Assembly: GCF_001194135.2 (NCBI RefSeq)
Contig: NC_068993.1
Span: forward strand, 49,327,239-49,385,560
Direction: 5' to 3'
Length of the DNA stretch: 58,322 nt
Source of the DNA: Octopus bimaculoides
Taxonomy: Eukaryota
Shown: positions 11,893 through 24,972 of the stretch, piece by piece
How positions within the stretch are numbered: position 1 is the first letter of the stretch
Layout: every line of letters starts with the position of its first letter
Made by a program: the position numbers and the translations under genes
Notes under the pieces: generated by a model
What the model was told of the DNA's origin: nothing
Databases searched by the model: none
Seen by the model: only the letters and a program-made list of their open reading frames with translations

Positions 11893-13845
11893 CACACAAA
11901 CACACACGTGTGTGTGTGTGTATTATAGCAAAGCAACAGACAGACAAATAAATCTCTTTTGAAAATCAGTTTCAAATGTGTTTCCTTTTTAACAAATCAT
12001 TCCCTAATATAATTCACGTTTTTGTTTATTTTTCTCTGTATTTATCTATTTCTCTTTCTTTCTCTAACACTATTTCATTGGCATCTTATTAAATTACTTC
12101 AACGATGAGTCATTTACCTGAATTTTGAAGAAATCTGCGATAACAATGAAATAATTAACCTCGTTAGCGAAAAAAAGGGAATAGATTAAATTGTATTTGA
12201 TAGTATGCAATGGAAAAATCTTTGGAATCAATTGAACTACTAAACAGTAGTTAATAGTTTTGGGTTAAAATGATTAAATATTTTCTAATTTATTTTCTGC
12301 TCTAGGAATTTGAATTTCATTCAAGAATTTGAAAACAATTTCGATATTATTGTTTTCATAACATTGAAAATAAATTGGTTTTCACACACACACACACACA
12401 CACACAAAATGTATGTAACAAATATACGTATGCAAGTGTGTGTGCTCGCGTTTTCATTGATATTTAAACATATATTCATTCTCTGGTTATGTGGACTTTT
12501 CAATGTTGTAAGTATTCTACAGAATATAAAGAAATTGTAATTCTGTCAGCAGAAGGAGCTAAAAAAGATTTGTCAGACAAATAGAAGAAACCGTTTTTTC
12601 GATTTATCACCCACTGCCTCCGCCCGCCCCGTTGTTTTCTCTTGCTCTACCTTTNNNNNNNNNNNNNNNNNNNNNNNNNNNNNNNNNNNNNNNNNNNNNN
12701 NNNNNNNNNNNNNNNNNNNNNNNNNNNNNNNNNNNNNNNNNNNNNNNNNNNNNNNNNNNNNNNNNNNNNNNNNNNNNNNNNNNNNNNNNNNNNNNNNNNN
12801 NNNNNNNNNNNNNNNNNNNNNNNNNNNNNNNNNNNNNNNNNNNNNNNNNNNNNNNNNNNNNNNNNNNNNNNNNNNNNNNNNNNNNNNNNNNNNNNNNNNN
12901 NNNNNNNNNNNNNNNNNNNNNNNNNNNNNNNNNNNNNNNNNNNNNNNNNNNNNNNNNNNNNNNNNNNNNNNNNNNNNNNAAAAAAAAAAAAAAAAAAAAA
13001 AAAAAAAGACAAATAAATAAAATAAAAATAATAATAATAATAAATAAATAAATTGCTGCGCGTCTCTCATTGAAAGGTTATGAAGAAGTAAGTACATGAC
13101 AATCCGCTTTAGCATAAATGGATGCTTACAAAGAATGAGATCAATAATAATAATAATAATAATAATAATGATAATAATAATAATAGTGGCAAATACGATT
13201 GGATTTGCTGTACATTTTGCATTTCTCTAGTAATTAGGGGTCCAGCGGAAGACTGGTTTCTAGTCGCCACAGCCATTCACTTACTTCACTGCTAGGAAAT
13301 GTTTGCAATTGCTAAGACCTAGGATCTAACTGATGGGAACTAGAATGCAAGCCTGGACAGTGTATGATGCATATATGAGTGTAGTTTGGAGTGGGGTTAG
13401 GGCGCTGTTTGCTGAATAAGTGAATGGTAGTGTGGGATTGGAACCAATCTTTTGTTGTTAATGAACAACTCAGGAAATGAAGTTTGTGTGTATGTATATG
13501 TGTTGTTGTTGTTGTTGTTGTTGTCAGTGCATGTGTGTCTGTAGTTCTGGAAATTGTGTGTATATGTGTGTGTGTGTGTGTGAGATTAGTGTGAGTGAAA
13601 TAAACAAAGGGAAGTGGTAATGAAACATGGAAAGGTTCCGTTATTCTCTTCTAACTTTAAAACCCCACTGCTTTCTCATCAGTCAGTAATTCCCTCTTCT
13701 TAAATTTCTCTCTCTTCCCACCTTCTTTCTCTCCCTCTCCTTTCTCTTCTGTCCCTTTTCTCCCCACCCCCCTCTCTCTCTCTCTTCAAATTCTCATTCT
13801 CTGGTTTTTATCTCTTCATGTCTTATTCTCTATCTAAATTTCCTC

Positions 13846-13884
<39 letters not shown>

Positions 13885-13949
13885 TTGCTGCCTGAATGAC
13901 TGCACATGATGAAGGAACTCTGAGTAGCAAATGAATCATTGACTGTTTC

Positions 13950-14003
<54 letters not shown>

Positions 14004-17000
14004 ATCTGTTCATATTTTCTCTCCCCTTTTCTTTCTCCTGCTATGTCTGACTTCATCTCTCTGCACATACATATCTATGTATCTGTCTATCTACGTATGT
14101 GTGTGTGTGTGTGTGTGTACATACACACAAGGAAAGCACTAAGATGAAAATATATATATATATATATATATAATTACTAGGCCACTTGGCTTCATTAAAA
14201 TCTGCCAGTAGTGATGCTTAAGGGAAATTAAGTTTACTGAATGCAACTATTGGTTTACCAAACTACTTATGAACAACTCCTTTCTGTCCGTCTACTTCTC
14301 TGTTTCTCTGTCTGTCTGTCTCTTTCTCTCTCTCCAATTCAGCCACAAAATCCATCATCTAACAACCATTGTCAAAACAGGCTTTTTCAATTAGTTGCCA
14401 CTATCTCTGCCATACCTAGTTCCCTCGAAAGCATTGGACCCTATAGAAATTGGTACAGTGACTCATAATATTGTCAGTTGGTCCCTTTTCTTTAATAACG
14501 TCTTGTTTGTTTGTATCGTAGTCAACACGGCATTGTTTGATCACTGGAGTTCAAGAGGGTTAGTGCCGGATGCTCCAAAATGTTCGTTTAAACAACATAT
14601 TTCATGAACGCATCCTGGTGTTTCTTCAGTTTGGTTACATTACTCATTTCCCTTTTCTTGACAAGAGAGTGTCTTTCTGAAACCCTTGTTTGAATCAAAT
14701 ATATCTGATTTCACTCACCACCACCAACACCAAGACACCATCATCATAATAACATTTTGCTTCTTATTACCTTCATAAGGTCCTATTCTTCAATATTAGC
14801 TTGTTAGAAACTACTGTATCATTTTGTTTCACCAATCAGTGACCAAATATTGAAATCCTCGTGAATCATTTCATCTCATCATCATTGTCATATTGTTTAC
14901 GTCTTCACTTCTGATATTTTCAATAAATAAAGGGCTTTTCTTTTCTTTCCATTTTAGTATAAAATAACGAAATATTTGTACTTGGTCAACTTCAAGCTTC
15001 CTCACTCTCTCCTTGCTTCAATTTTATATTTACTCTTGTTTTCATTGGTATATTCTTTTCATTATCTCCACATACCACATTCTGAACTGATACCAAAAAT
15101 ATTATTATTATTATTATTATTATACAGTCATGTTTGTAGGTTTTGAAAACATTTTTGTAATGATGGTGTTTATGCTAAGCGACTGATATACACTAAACAT
15201 GTTTGATTTACCATCTCACCAGCCTGCTCTTCATTATTTTTTTTTATTTTATATTTTTGCTTCAAGCATCCTATAAATAAAAATCTGCTCGAAAGGAGTG
15301 GCATTTTCTGTAATTTTCTTTTTTTTTTTTTCCCCATTGGTTCAAAAGACATAGCTTAATATATGTATAATAACCATCAATAATCACATACATTGTATAT
15401 ATATAACATTTTTTTAAATGGAGTCCTAATTTCACTCAAAAGCTATTTACTTATTCACTCTCAAAATCTATTTACTTATTTAATAAGCTCTTTGTACCAC
15501 GATTATTATTATTATTATTATTATTATTGTCATCATCATCATCTTGCTTTTAGAATAATTTGTGGTACTTGTTATTTGAGGTGATTTTGTTTTTAAACCT
15601 TATTTCTCTTACCTCCATCTCACACAAACCACTGTTCTTGTTTGGTTCTTTTTTTTTTTTTTTCCCCTCTGACTTCATTAAATGTTTTCTAGTTTAATTA
15701 GTGATATTTTCTAAAGTTAGGTTTGTTATATGGGTTTGACTTGTTGATAGAGGAAATACCTAATGGCGTTTTCATTTTTTTTATGTTTGTTTCATTTTGA
15801 TAATGGTTAATTCAAACAAATAAATAAAATAAATTAATATATAAATGTACCTGTATGTGTGTGTGTGAAATTAATGGCAGTCAGTACCTTTATCAAAACC
15901 AAATGTTATTTTTAGTCCTTTTTTATATATCCATCATGTAGTTGGAATAGAATTAACGAGTTTATAAATAAATTTGAATTACAACTGTAGTTGAACTTCA
16001 CTTTTTTATTTTCTTTAAAAATTTGTTTTTATAATTTTACATATTAAGCTAGCTTCAACTACACCAAAATTTTATATTTTTAAAATGATCAACAAGTTGG
16101 AACCAGTGACAAGAAGAGTCACTTTTCTTTTGTCAAGTAAAATATTTATTCACTATTTATGAAATTATTTTCATCCTCCAATCCAAACAGCGATGATGAA
16201 AATGTATTCGAATTCAGTGTTTTTCTTTTTTATTATTTTCCTTTTTATTTTAGTGGGGTTGGATATATTTATTCAGGAATAAGTACAGTATAATCAGGTA
16301 ACGTTACCGTTTATAGACTGATACCTTATCCAGAGGCTAAGGGGCACATCTATATTTTATTCACTTCATGCTAGGAAATCAAAGGTAAACACTGACTTTC
16401 AGGGTTCCTTTAGGACTTAAAATACATTTATTTTCCTATTTCTAGTTTATTATAAAACTATAGGGGACACTGGAAGTCAATCTTACACTGAATTTGATTA
16501 CCAGAAGCTACTAACATCAGAGTAAAAATAATTCAGCATTGTTGTTGGAAGCTAGAATGTTTGACTAAAAGCCATAAACATCAATATTTTAGACCATTAA
16601 AGCAATTGTTCTCTATATGACACCTCAGATTTGTTAGGCAGGAGGACAAAAATGGGATTAGATGATGTTCAAACTACTTCTCTAAGAGCATTAGGGATGT
16701 AGAAGTGCTTTTTCTTTCCTTTTCTTAAACTGCACTTCAAAATAGGATTGCATATATTGTTTATTGAGAAAGTATCTTGGTACCAGCTAACATATGATAT
16801 TAAGTATTCCAAAGAATAAGGATAAGTAAAATCCCATAACCCATGAAATTTTCATCTGGATAATTTAATTTTGTAATCATTCTCTCTAACATCCACTGTT
16901 TATTTTCTGTTACACTTCCTCATTAAAAGAGAAGCAAATTAGGGAAGAAATTTGTCTACAAACCATCATGAAAACTTGGTTTAATGAAGTTGCTACATTT

Positions 17001-17289
17001 GCTATTGTAATACATTTTTATTTCCCAAAATGATTTTGTTTTGGTTTTGAAAGATAAAAAGGCAGAACACATCCATTGCAAAATTCCTCGTTGATATTTC
17101 CTCTCTGTTAAAGCATTTTCTTGAATAATTACTCTTCCAGACAAAGAGGTGCTTCAGAAAGTTTATTATACTTTCGTCTGAATGTTTTCACACATGCATG
17201 TACATGCACATGCATGCATACACACATTTAGAAAATAATGTTCATAATTAAGCATACTAAAATTCTATCCTACCATCTCTAGCTTTGTC

Positions 17290-18225
17290 TAGCATCTCTC
17301 TCCCTCCTTCTATTTCTTCCCACCTTTAAAACTTTCCCACACCCTCACTAATAACTCCAATCTTTTCCTGTTCCTCTTACCAGTCATATCTTTGCTCTTG
17401 TCTCTCTACACCACTCTCCTAGTTTTTCCACCCCACTTATCCCACCAGTTTTTCTACCCTACATTCCCCCAGTAGTCTTTCAATAATCCACTCCAATCTT
17501 TCAACCTTACTTCTCTCTGTTCTTTCAACTTTGCTCCACCCCACAGTCTTTCTACCTTGCTTCTCTTAGCAGTCTTACTAACTGCTCTGCCCCTCCCTCT
17601 GGTTCCTCTACCCAGCTCATTCCCACCAGTTTCTATTCTGCTCCTCCCACAAGTCTTTCTACACTATTCCTCCCAAACTCTTTTACAGTGCTCCTCCTAC
17701 TTGTCTTTCTACCTGCTCTTCCCTTTGGTCCCTCCACCCTACTCTTTCCCAACATTCTATCTACTCTGCCCTTCCCCACCATCCTGTCGATTATGCCCCT
17801 CCCCTCCAGCCTATCCACTTTATTCCACCCCTCCAGCCTCTCTAGCTGACCCCCCCCACCACCAGTTCTTGTAACCCTACTCCTCCTCTCAAGTGTGTGT
17901 GCCCTATTCCTCTCCTCCAGCCTCACATTCTTATCTCACTCTCCATTCTCTCCTTCCACTTCATCCCACTAATCTCTTTATTCCTCACACTATTCCTTCC
18001 TGTCGTTGATGACAACTCTACCCAATTACATCCATTCCCCTTATCTATCATCACCACATTTACCCATCTATATATATATTACCCTTATATTTCACCTTAT
18101 TCGTCACTAACTTTGTGTCATCTACACATTACTATTTATATTTCTCCTTACTCTCCTAAACTTATGTTACTGCCTTTATTGCCATTTACCTTTTCATCTC
18201 TTTCTTTCTTTCTTTCTTTCTTCAG
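17290..18225. repeat. C/T-rich low-complexity tract with degenerate internal repeats
   Basis: Strong pyrimidine skew on +. It explains the Pro/Leu/Ser-rich ORFs at 17557 and 17897. Confidence 0.8.
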
Positions 18226-18444
18226 GTTAATTTTGTTTTTAATTTTTAATTTCTTTGTTTCTGTACTTTTGTCATCTGATATTAATATCTTGCTCTGTTC
18301 ATTTAGTTTCCTTATTCTACTCCAACACAACAACCTCTACTAGCTTCACAACAACAACAACCACCACCACCACCACCGCTACTATCACCACAATATATTT
18401 ATCAAGTCTCATTTATGTCTTTAAAGGAACCACATTAGTCTTTT

Positions 18445-18836
18445 GAAGTGAGAGGGGGGGGGGAGAGAAAGAAAAAGGGAGGAGATGGATATCCATAAAT
18501 GTCTCATATTTTCAAGGACAAGTAAAACTATGAAATTTGATCTTGATTGTTCTTTTACTCTACAATTCTCTCTCTCACTCTCTCCATATATATATATATG
18601 TGTGTGTGTATGTATATATATATATATGTGTGTGTNNNNNNNNNNGAAGTGAGAGGGGGGGGGGAGAGAAAGAAAAAGGGAGGAGATGGATATCCATAAA
18701 TGTCTCATATTTTCAAGGACAAGTAAAACTATGAAATTTGATCTTGATTGTTCTTTTACTCTACAATTCTCTCTCTCACTCTCTCCATATATATATATAT
18801 GTGTGTGTGTATGTATATATATATATATGTGTGTGT
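18445..18836. other. Identical 191-bp duplication on both sides of a 10-N gap (probable assembly artefact)
   Basis: 18445-18635 is repeated base for base from 18646. Confidence 0.85.
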
Positions 18837-18839
18837 GTG

Positions 18840-18892
<53 letters not shown>

Positions 18893-19840
18893 GTGTATAT
18901 ATATCCTCTGTCTTCTGTAAGGTAAAAATGTTATCCCTGTTTCCCCCTGTAATTCAGGTGATGATAAAAACCTAACTTTTCAGCTCCTTACTCCTTCTTT
19001 CATTCCTATATTGTGTCTTTGGCAGCAATAAAACTGCTGGATTATGGAACATTTATGCATTTTATAAGAACACACAACACTATGTTGTCTCTGTCCTTAC
19101 TTTCTTGTCATTTCTTACTCCTGAGATTTGTCACATGTGGATTTTGTCACTCAAGCACTTCATCAATCACACTTATCATCACTCACCCTCTCTGTCATTC
19201 TCTCTCTTTCTTATTCACATACAATGTCCTTCAAGCTCACACTATAAAATACGTTCTCTGTTACACTCTCGTTTAGTTGCTCTGTCCATCTGTATATACA
19301 TACACCTAGTCATCTCTACGTATGTGCATACATTTATCTGTCTGTTTGTCTCTTCCAGTTGATAAGAAAGCAATTGCTTTATTAAAATGTGTAAAACAAT
19401 AATAACATTCTCAGATGCCAACAATGTTATCATTTTCCAATTGCCATAAAATAGCAATAAAATGTGGGTTATATTACAAGCATTTTATATGAACAATGCA
19501 AGCATAGAACCAGATACAACTGGTACTTTTACATGTAGGTACAAAACTGACAGCAAAGAAAAAGAAGAAAAAAACATGGAAGAAGTTGTGAAGAAGTTAT
19601 ATTAAGTTGGTGCTTGTGAAACAGTATTAGAGATGTCTTTGATGTTTCAAGTTTAAGCTCTTCAGAAGAAAAATAAGGCAGAGAATAGATGAAAAGAAAG
19701 AAGGAAATGCTAAGAACAAAGTAAAATATAGATTATTTATATCGAGCAAAGGCATGAATCATCATCATCATCATCGTTATTTTATATCTGGTTACTGTGC
19801 TTGTGTGCATTCTATGCTAGCATGAGTTGTAACCATCCAA

Positions 19841-20090
19841 TAATAAATGCGCCCTTTTAAAGCCTAGCGAGGCTCATGGGCCCGGTTTCCCGGTTTCAAT
19901 GGCGTATGTGTTCCTCAGCTGGACGCCAGTCTATCACAGCATTACTCATTTTTGCCAGCTGAGTGGACTGGAGCAACGTGAAATGAAGTGTTTTGTTCAA
20001 GAACATAACGTGTCGCCCGGTCCAGGAATTGAAACCACAATCTTACGATCATGATGCTGACACCCTAACCACTAAGCCACGCGCCTCCAC
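19841..20090 (-). mobile_element. tRNA-headed SINE family C copy with perfect 12-bp TSD
   Basis: Flanked by GTAACCATCCAA at 19829-40 and 20091-102. Body colinear with 8597-8742. Confidence 0.9.
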
Positions 20091-20211
20091 GTAACCATCC
20101 AAATCATATCTTATTTGGATATACTGCCTCCCTAAATTGTTCAGAGGTTACACATTTCGTTTTTGGCTTAGTTTCTAAGTTAGATGGCTTTCCTATTTCC
20201 AAAACCTTTAC

Positions 20212-20400
20212 AGAGGAGTGGCTGTGTGGTAAGTAGCTTGCTTACCAACCACATGGTTATGGGTTCCGTCCTACTGCATGGCACCTTCGGCATGTGTCTT
20301 CTACAATAGCCTCGGGCTGACCGAAGCCTTGTGAGTGGATTTGGTAGACGAAAACTGAAAGAAGCCCATTGTGTGTATATATATATACATATATATATGT
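20212..20400 (+). mobile_element. tRNA-headed SINE family B copy (5' part)
   Basis: GGAGTGGCTGTGTGGTAAGTAGCTTGCTTACCAACCACATGGTT..GCCTTGTGAGTGGATTTGGTAGACGAAAACTGAAAGAAGCCC, with A-box-like and B-box-like segments. Confidence 0.88.
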
Positions 20401-21654
20401 ATAGTTGAAAAAAGATTAAGAGATCTGTACAATTCAAATTTTTATATATAAAAAAGATGAATCTGAATGTAGCACAGAATTAAGTCTAAGACATTTCATT
20501 TCAAGAGGGAATTTTATGAAAGATTATATAAATAAAAATATTAATATTACTGATTTTGATGTCTTATCAAATATTAGTAAAATTTATAAAAAAATTTTTA
20601 ATTTGAAGGCGGTCAAGAACACATCTGGAGATTTTTCATTNNNNNNNNNNNNNNNNNNNNNNNNNNNNNNNNNNNNNNNNNNNNNNNNNNNNNNNNNNNN
20701 NNNNNNNNNNNNNNNNNNNNNNNNNNNNNNNNNNNNNNNNNNNNNNNNNNNNNNNNNNNNNNNNNNNNNNNNNNNNNNNNNNNNNNNNNNNNNNNNNNNN
20801 NNNNNNNNNNNNNNNNNNNNNNNNNNNNNNNNNNNNNNNNNNNNNNNNNNNNNNNNNNNNNNNNNNNNNNNNNNNNNNNNNNNNNNNNNNNNNNNNNNNN
20901 NNNNNNNNNNNNNNNNNNNNNNNNNNNNNNNNNNNNNNNNNNNNNNNNNNNNNNNNNNNNNNNNNNNNNNNNNNNNNNNNNNNNNNNNNNNNNNNNNNNN
21001 NNNNNNNNNNNNNNNNNNNNNNNNNNNNNNNNNNNNNNNNNNNNNNNNNNNNNNNNNNNNNNNNNNNNNNNNNNNNNNNNNNNNNATATATATATAAACA
21101 TATATATATGTGTGTGTGAATATGTGTGTGTGTATATATATGTGTTTGTATATATATATATATATATATATGCATGCAAAGTTACAAAACCCTAAAGCCA
21201 GAGACAGGTGAAGTAATAACAAACAATGTGTATTAGTTTGATGCTCTGGAAAATTGGAAAAGTCTTCGACATTTCGAGCATATGTTCTTTGACAAAAATG
21301 AATGAGGAATGAAAATGGACAAAGAAAACAAAAGTTGGTGGGGTCAACAGTATTTCCTGATTGCCAAAGATATATCCAAGGTTTCTGAACCTTGGCACTG
21401 TTCACTTGTGAGTTTCATTATTATGGAGAATAGGCAACAAGTTCAATCATTTTACTTCTTAACTCTCAAATTGCAGAGAGAAATCAGTGCTACAGTGTGT
21501 CATGGTCAAATCTTGAGTCTTCCAGCGTGTAGAGAATGATGGTATGTCCAATGGTGAGGTTTCAATCCCTACTTGAAATTTCAACTCAGAATGTGAAAAG
21601 CTGAAAAAGATTCTGCAAGTTATCTTAGGTCAATGCTATAGCAAATCTGATAAT

Positions 21655-21790
21655 CCACTCTTCTGAAATGGTACTGATTTATTGATCCCAAAAGGGTGGA
21701 AGGTGAAGTTGACCTCATCAGGATTTGAACCCAGAGCACAGAGACCCTGAGCAAATATTGTAAGGCATTCTATCTATTTATCACTTAAAT
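21655..21790 (-). mobile_element. SINE family A-like copy, decayed
   Basis: GGTACTGATTTATTGATCCCAAAAGGGTGGAAGGTGAAGTTGACC..GGATTTGAACC matches the reverse strand of family A. Confidence 0.65.
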
Positions 21791-22158
21791 AACTTAGCTA
21801 ATTCACTGCACACACACACATAGACTCCCCCCCCCACACACACACACACACACAAACTCCCACACACACACACACACACTGTTTCTTCAGTAGACAAGCT
21901 AAATCATAAATGTCATGGTCTGGTATGAAAAAAATTCATTTAGAGCTTTATTTCTAAAGATAATTGTACTCTAATGATCTCTGATTGAATTAATTTTCAG
22001 TCTTTCATAAGAGAAGAAAAATTAATGAACCATGTTATATAGTTAATTTGAATGCAAAACAGTTTCTTAATACACAATAAAAAAAAATTATGAAACCACT
22101 TAAGACAAAACGCAAAAAAATATGTAAATTAAACAAAATGAAGAGAATAAGATGTATT

Positions 22159-22193
<35 letters not shown>

Positions 22194-22964
22194 CTACAAA
22201 CATTAATAATGAAATTGATTTGCTTATTATATTATGAGCTATTAATTTTCTTTAAATTAAAACCACATAGAGTAAATTGTTTGCTGCATAAGGTCAAAAG
22301 CGCTATGAATCTTAGATTTAAGAATGTGATAAAACTTGTCAGTCTAATTTAGAACTAGTAAAGATAACAGTTAACAAAAATGAAAAAGAAAAATATATAG
22401 AAAAAAAACAAAAAAGAAGGGAAAAATAGTTTAGATTATCTTGGATAAATAGTTTTTATTGAATGGATGAATTTTGCAAATTTGGACAATTGTCAAAAGA
22501 AGAGATAATGGACAAACTGCATGGTAAGAAAGAGAATGATTGCAGGGTGCATAATCAATTAATAAATTCTAAGGGAAAATTTAAGAATATGAAGATGAAG
22601 AGGAAGAAAAAAACAAGCAAAATGATTGCTTGTTGGCTTTTTGCCATTTGAAACTTTCTCAACACTCTTTTTTTCCTGTATCATTATAGTGTGTTGTGTA
22701 GGTCATCAACCAAACATTAGTTGTTAGAAAATAACATTATTATTATTATTATTATTATTGCTGTTGTTGTTATTATTAATAATAATAAAAATAATAATAA
22801 TAAGACAGGAAAAAAATCAATTCTCTTATGAGACAAGTGAAATGTAAAAAGAAACTGGTAGTGTGTGTGAAGAGAGAGAGAAAATGAGTGCATAAAAAAA
22901 AGAGTGAGATGGAGGCATCTCTGCATACACCTGCAATCTAAAGCCAGGTCTCTATGTAGTCACA

Positions 22965-23135
22965 TATCTTAATGCAAATAGCAATTAAATATCCCGCAAA
23001 TTATTCCATCCAATTCTTGTTCTACTGAGAAATGAAGGTCACCATGGATAATGAAAAGGCGGGATATTCCTTGTTGGAGTGCTTTTGATCATAAGTGTGT
23101 TCAGTGAAGGTTAACCTAGGTTAAACAACAACAGG
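22965..23135 (+). repeat. Interspersed repeat family E copy (core AAATAGCAGCCAAATCTCCCTCAAAT, end CTAACC..GGTTAAACAACAAC)
   Basis: Shares modules with 25885-26230, 26255-26435, 33590-33770 and 53350-53600. Confidence 0.6.
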
Positions 23136-23669
23136 TGAAAGAAATTTATACACATTGATGCAAACACTTTTATTTGTGCATGTGTCTATTATATGTTAGT
23201 CTGAGGAGGAGGAATTCATGCACATTCAGATTGATGTGGTTAATACACAACTTAAACATTTATAGGTCAGTGTTTGTACGAAAAATGTGGGAGGGCAAGA
23301 TAATTCTAAAGGTTACTGTCCTGTGCAGAAAAGACCAGGTAAATTATTTAGTGCAGGATCAGGTAGGTGTGGCACACAGAGGATGACTAGAGGATGAGAG
23401 GCAGGTAATTTGTGCATGCGCATACACAGAATTATTGTCACTACCCTTCTTTTCTCTCTTACCTACTGATGAAAATGGTCGGTGTGGGGTACACAGGGAA
23501 ACAGTTTTTCCATACTTTTCAGCTCAAGAAGATGGAGAGAGGCTTGTAGCTTCTAATAACAATCTTAGCCCTTTGGACCTTAGTTCCAGTAACCATTTCC
23601 ATCACTACTCCATGAGTATCAGCTGTTCAGGAAGAGACTTTTTCTCTTTCTAATATTTCAATGAAAACT

Positions 23670-23860
23670 AGGATGGTGAACAGGTAGAATCATTAGCATG
23701 CCAGGCAAAATGCTTAGCAACATTTTGTCTGTCTGTACATTCTGAGTTCAAATTCTGCTGAGATCAGCTTTGCAATCCATTCTTTTGGGGCTGATATAAT
23801 TGAATTACCTCTCCCCACCAAAATTGCTGACCTTGTGCCAAAATTTGAAACCAATATTTC
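23670..23860 (+). mobile_element. SINE family A copy, CpG-decayed
   Basis: GAATCATTAGCATGCCAGGCAAAATGCTTAGC..GAGTTCAAATTCTGCTGAG..CCTTGTGCC. Confidence 0.8.
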
Positions 23861-24316
23861 AAGGGAAACTGTTATACCAACAACTGCTCCACAAACTGCT
23901 ATTCCAACAACAAACTAGCCATTTTCCAACTAAGTAGTTATTTTCATACACCCTAACTACGTTTATATACCGAATGTAAATGTGAACATAATAGTAAATA
24001 CATGAATACTCCAATGAACAAATGAGCATTTTATATATGTACATGTACTATCATATGTGTGTGTGTGTTACTTTTATATTCCATTGTTCAATGTTCAAAT
24101 TGACTTTCAACTTATGGCAATGTGCATTTTGAGTAACTTTGGTTTAATAATATTGCAATACAGCACCCGTTAACAATTAATATTTCATAATATGGACATG
24201 TTCTTTTTCTAAATTAAGCTGCAAGTAAAGCTATCTCATTTGTTGTTGAATAGTCTTTAGTATAAAGACCTTATAGTATTATTACTTCTGACATCAGTTT
24301 ATTCAATAACTCCAAT

Positions 24317-24972
24317 ACGGACAAGATTCTGTGTTCTGAAAGACTTCACACAATAACTTCTCAGTTAGCATCTGCCATTTCAGAATTCAAACACTAGTTA
24401 CATATGTTTGAAATATTCTTGTAAGCATTCCTGATACTGATAGATTGCACGTTCTCATAAATTCTTTATCTCCAAAGTATTCTAATTCATCACTGATTGT
24501 AACAATTATGGAAACATGACAAATTACCTAAAGAGCATGTACATTTTAAACTCGTGAATCAGATTTTTGCTAGACAGCAGTTCATTACTTGCAAACAACA
24601 ACCAAATGAATGCTTGGATCAATTACTTTAAGCCTTGAAACTGTTGGCTTAAGCATGTAACTTTTGGTAGCATTATCAGAACTATATACAAAAATTCAAT
24701 TATGGGTTTTTTTTTTTTCATTCTTGAGATAGCGGTAAAGAAATAAGACAGAGATTACTCAAGAATAAGATACTAGATTTAGAAACAGCAGTTTCACATG
24801 CCAGAGATTTGGTTTTAGTACTAAAGACTGCTAGAGTATATAATCTCAGTAGCTTTGTAAATGCTACGAAAGCTTTTATTAATTTTTTTTACTGGGAGTA
24901 TACAGATATGGCAGTAGAAAATCTGCCATATATCACAAGTGTGAGGAGAAAAGCATCAAGTATGTAAATCAA
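24317..24972 (+). pseudogene. Decayed Ty3/Gypsy-type retrotransposon gag (frameshifted, with stops)
   Basis: Colinear fragments across frames: (T)DKILCSERLH..SAISEFKH*LHMFEIFL; IPDTDRLHVLINSLSP; FITDCNNYGNMTNYLKSMY; KLVNQIFARQQFITCKQQPNECLDQLL*ALKLLA*ACNF; EIRQRLLKNKILDLETAVSHARDL; and a degenerate zinc knuckle SAIYHKCEEK/HQVCKS. They match Gypsy Gag motifs recalled as N-x-IFARH-x-L-x-TR-x-Q, IRQRLLE and CCHC. No database search was run. Confidence 0.8.

Noticed and set aside
18445-18836. 191-bp tandem duplication as a biological event
   Set aside because: The copies are identical and separated by a 10-N placeholder, typical of an unmerged contig overlap. The same likely applies around the gap at 32841-33007.
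20212-20290. tRNA genes
   Set aside because: The tRNA-like segments are SINE heads; I could not fold a complete cloverleaf.
20516-20640. Mariner fragment (NTSGDFS)
   Set aside because: Only about 14 nt resemble the 5.9-kb relic before a gap, which is insufficient.
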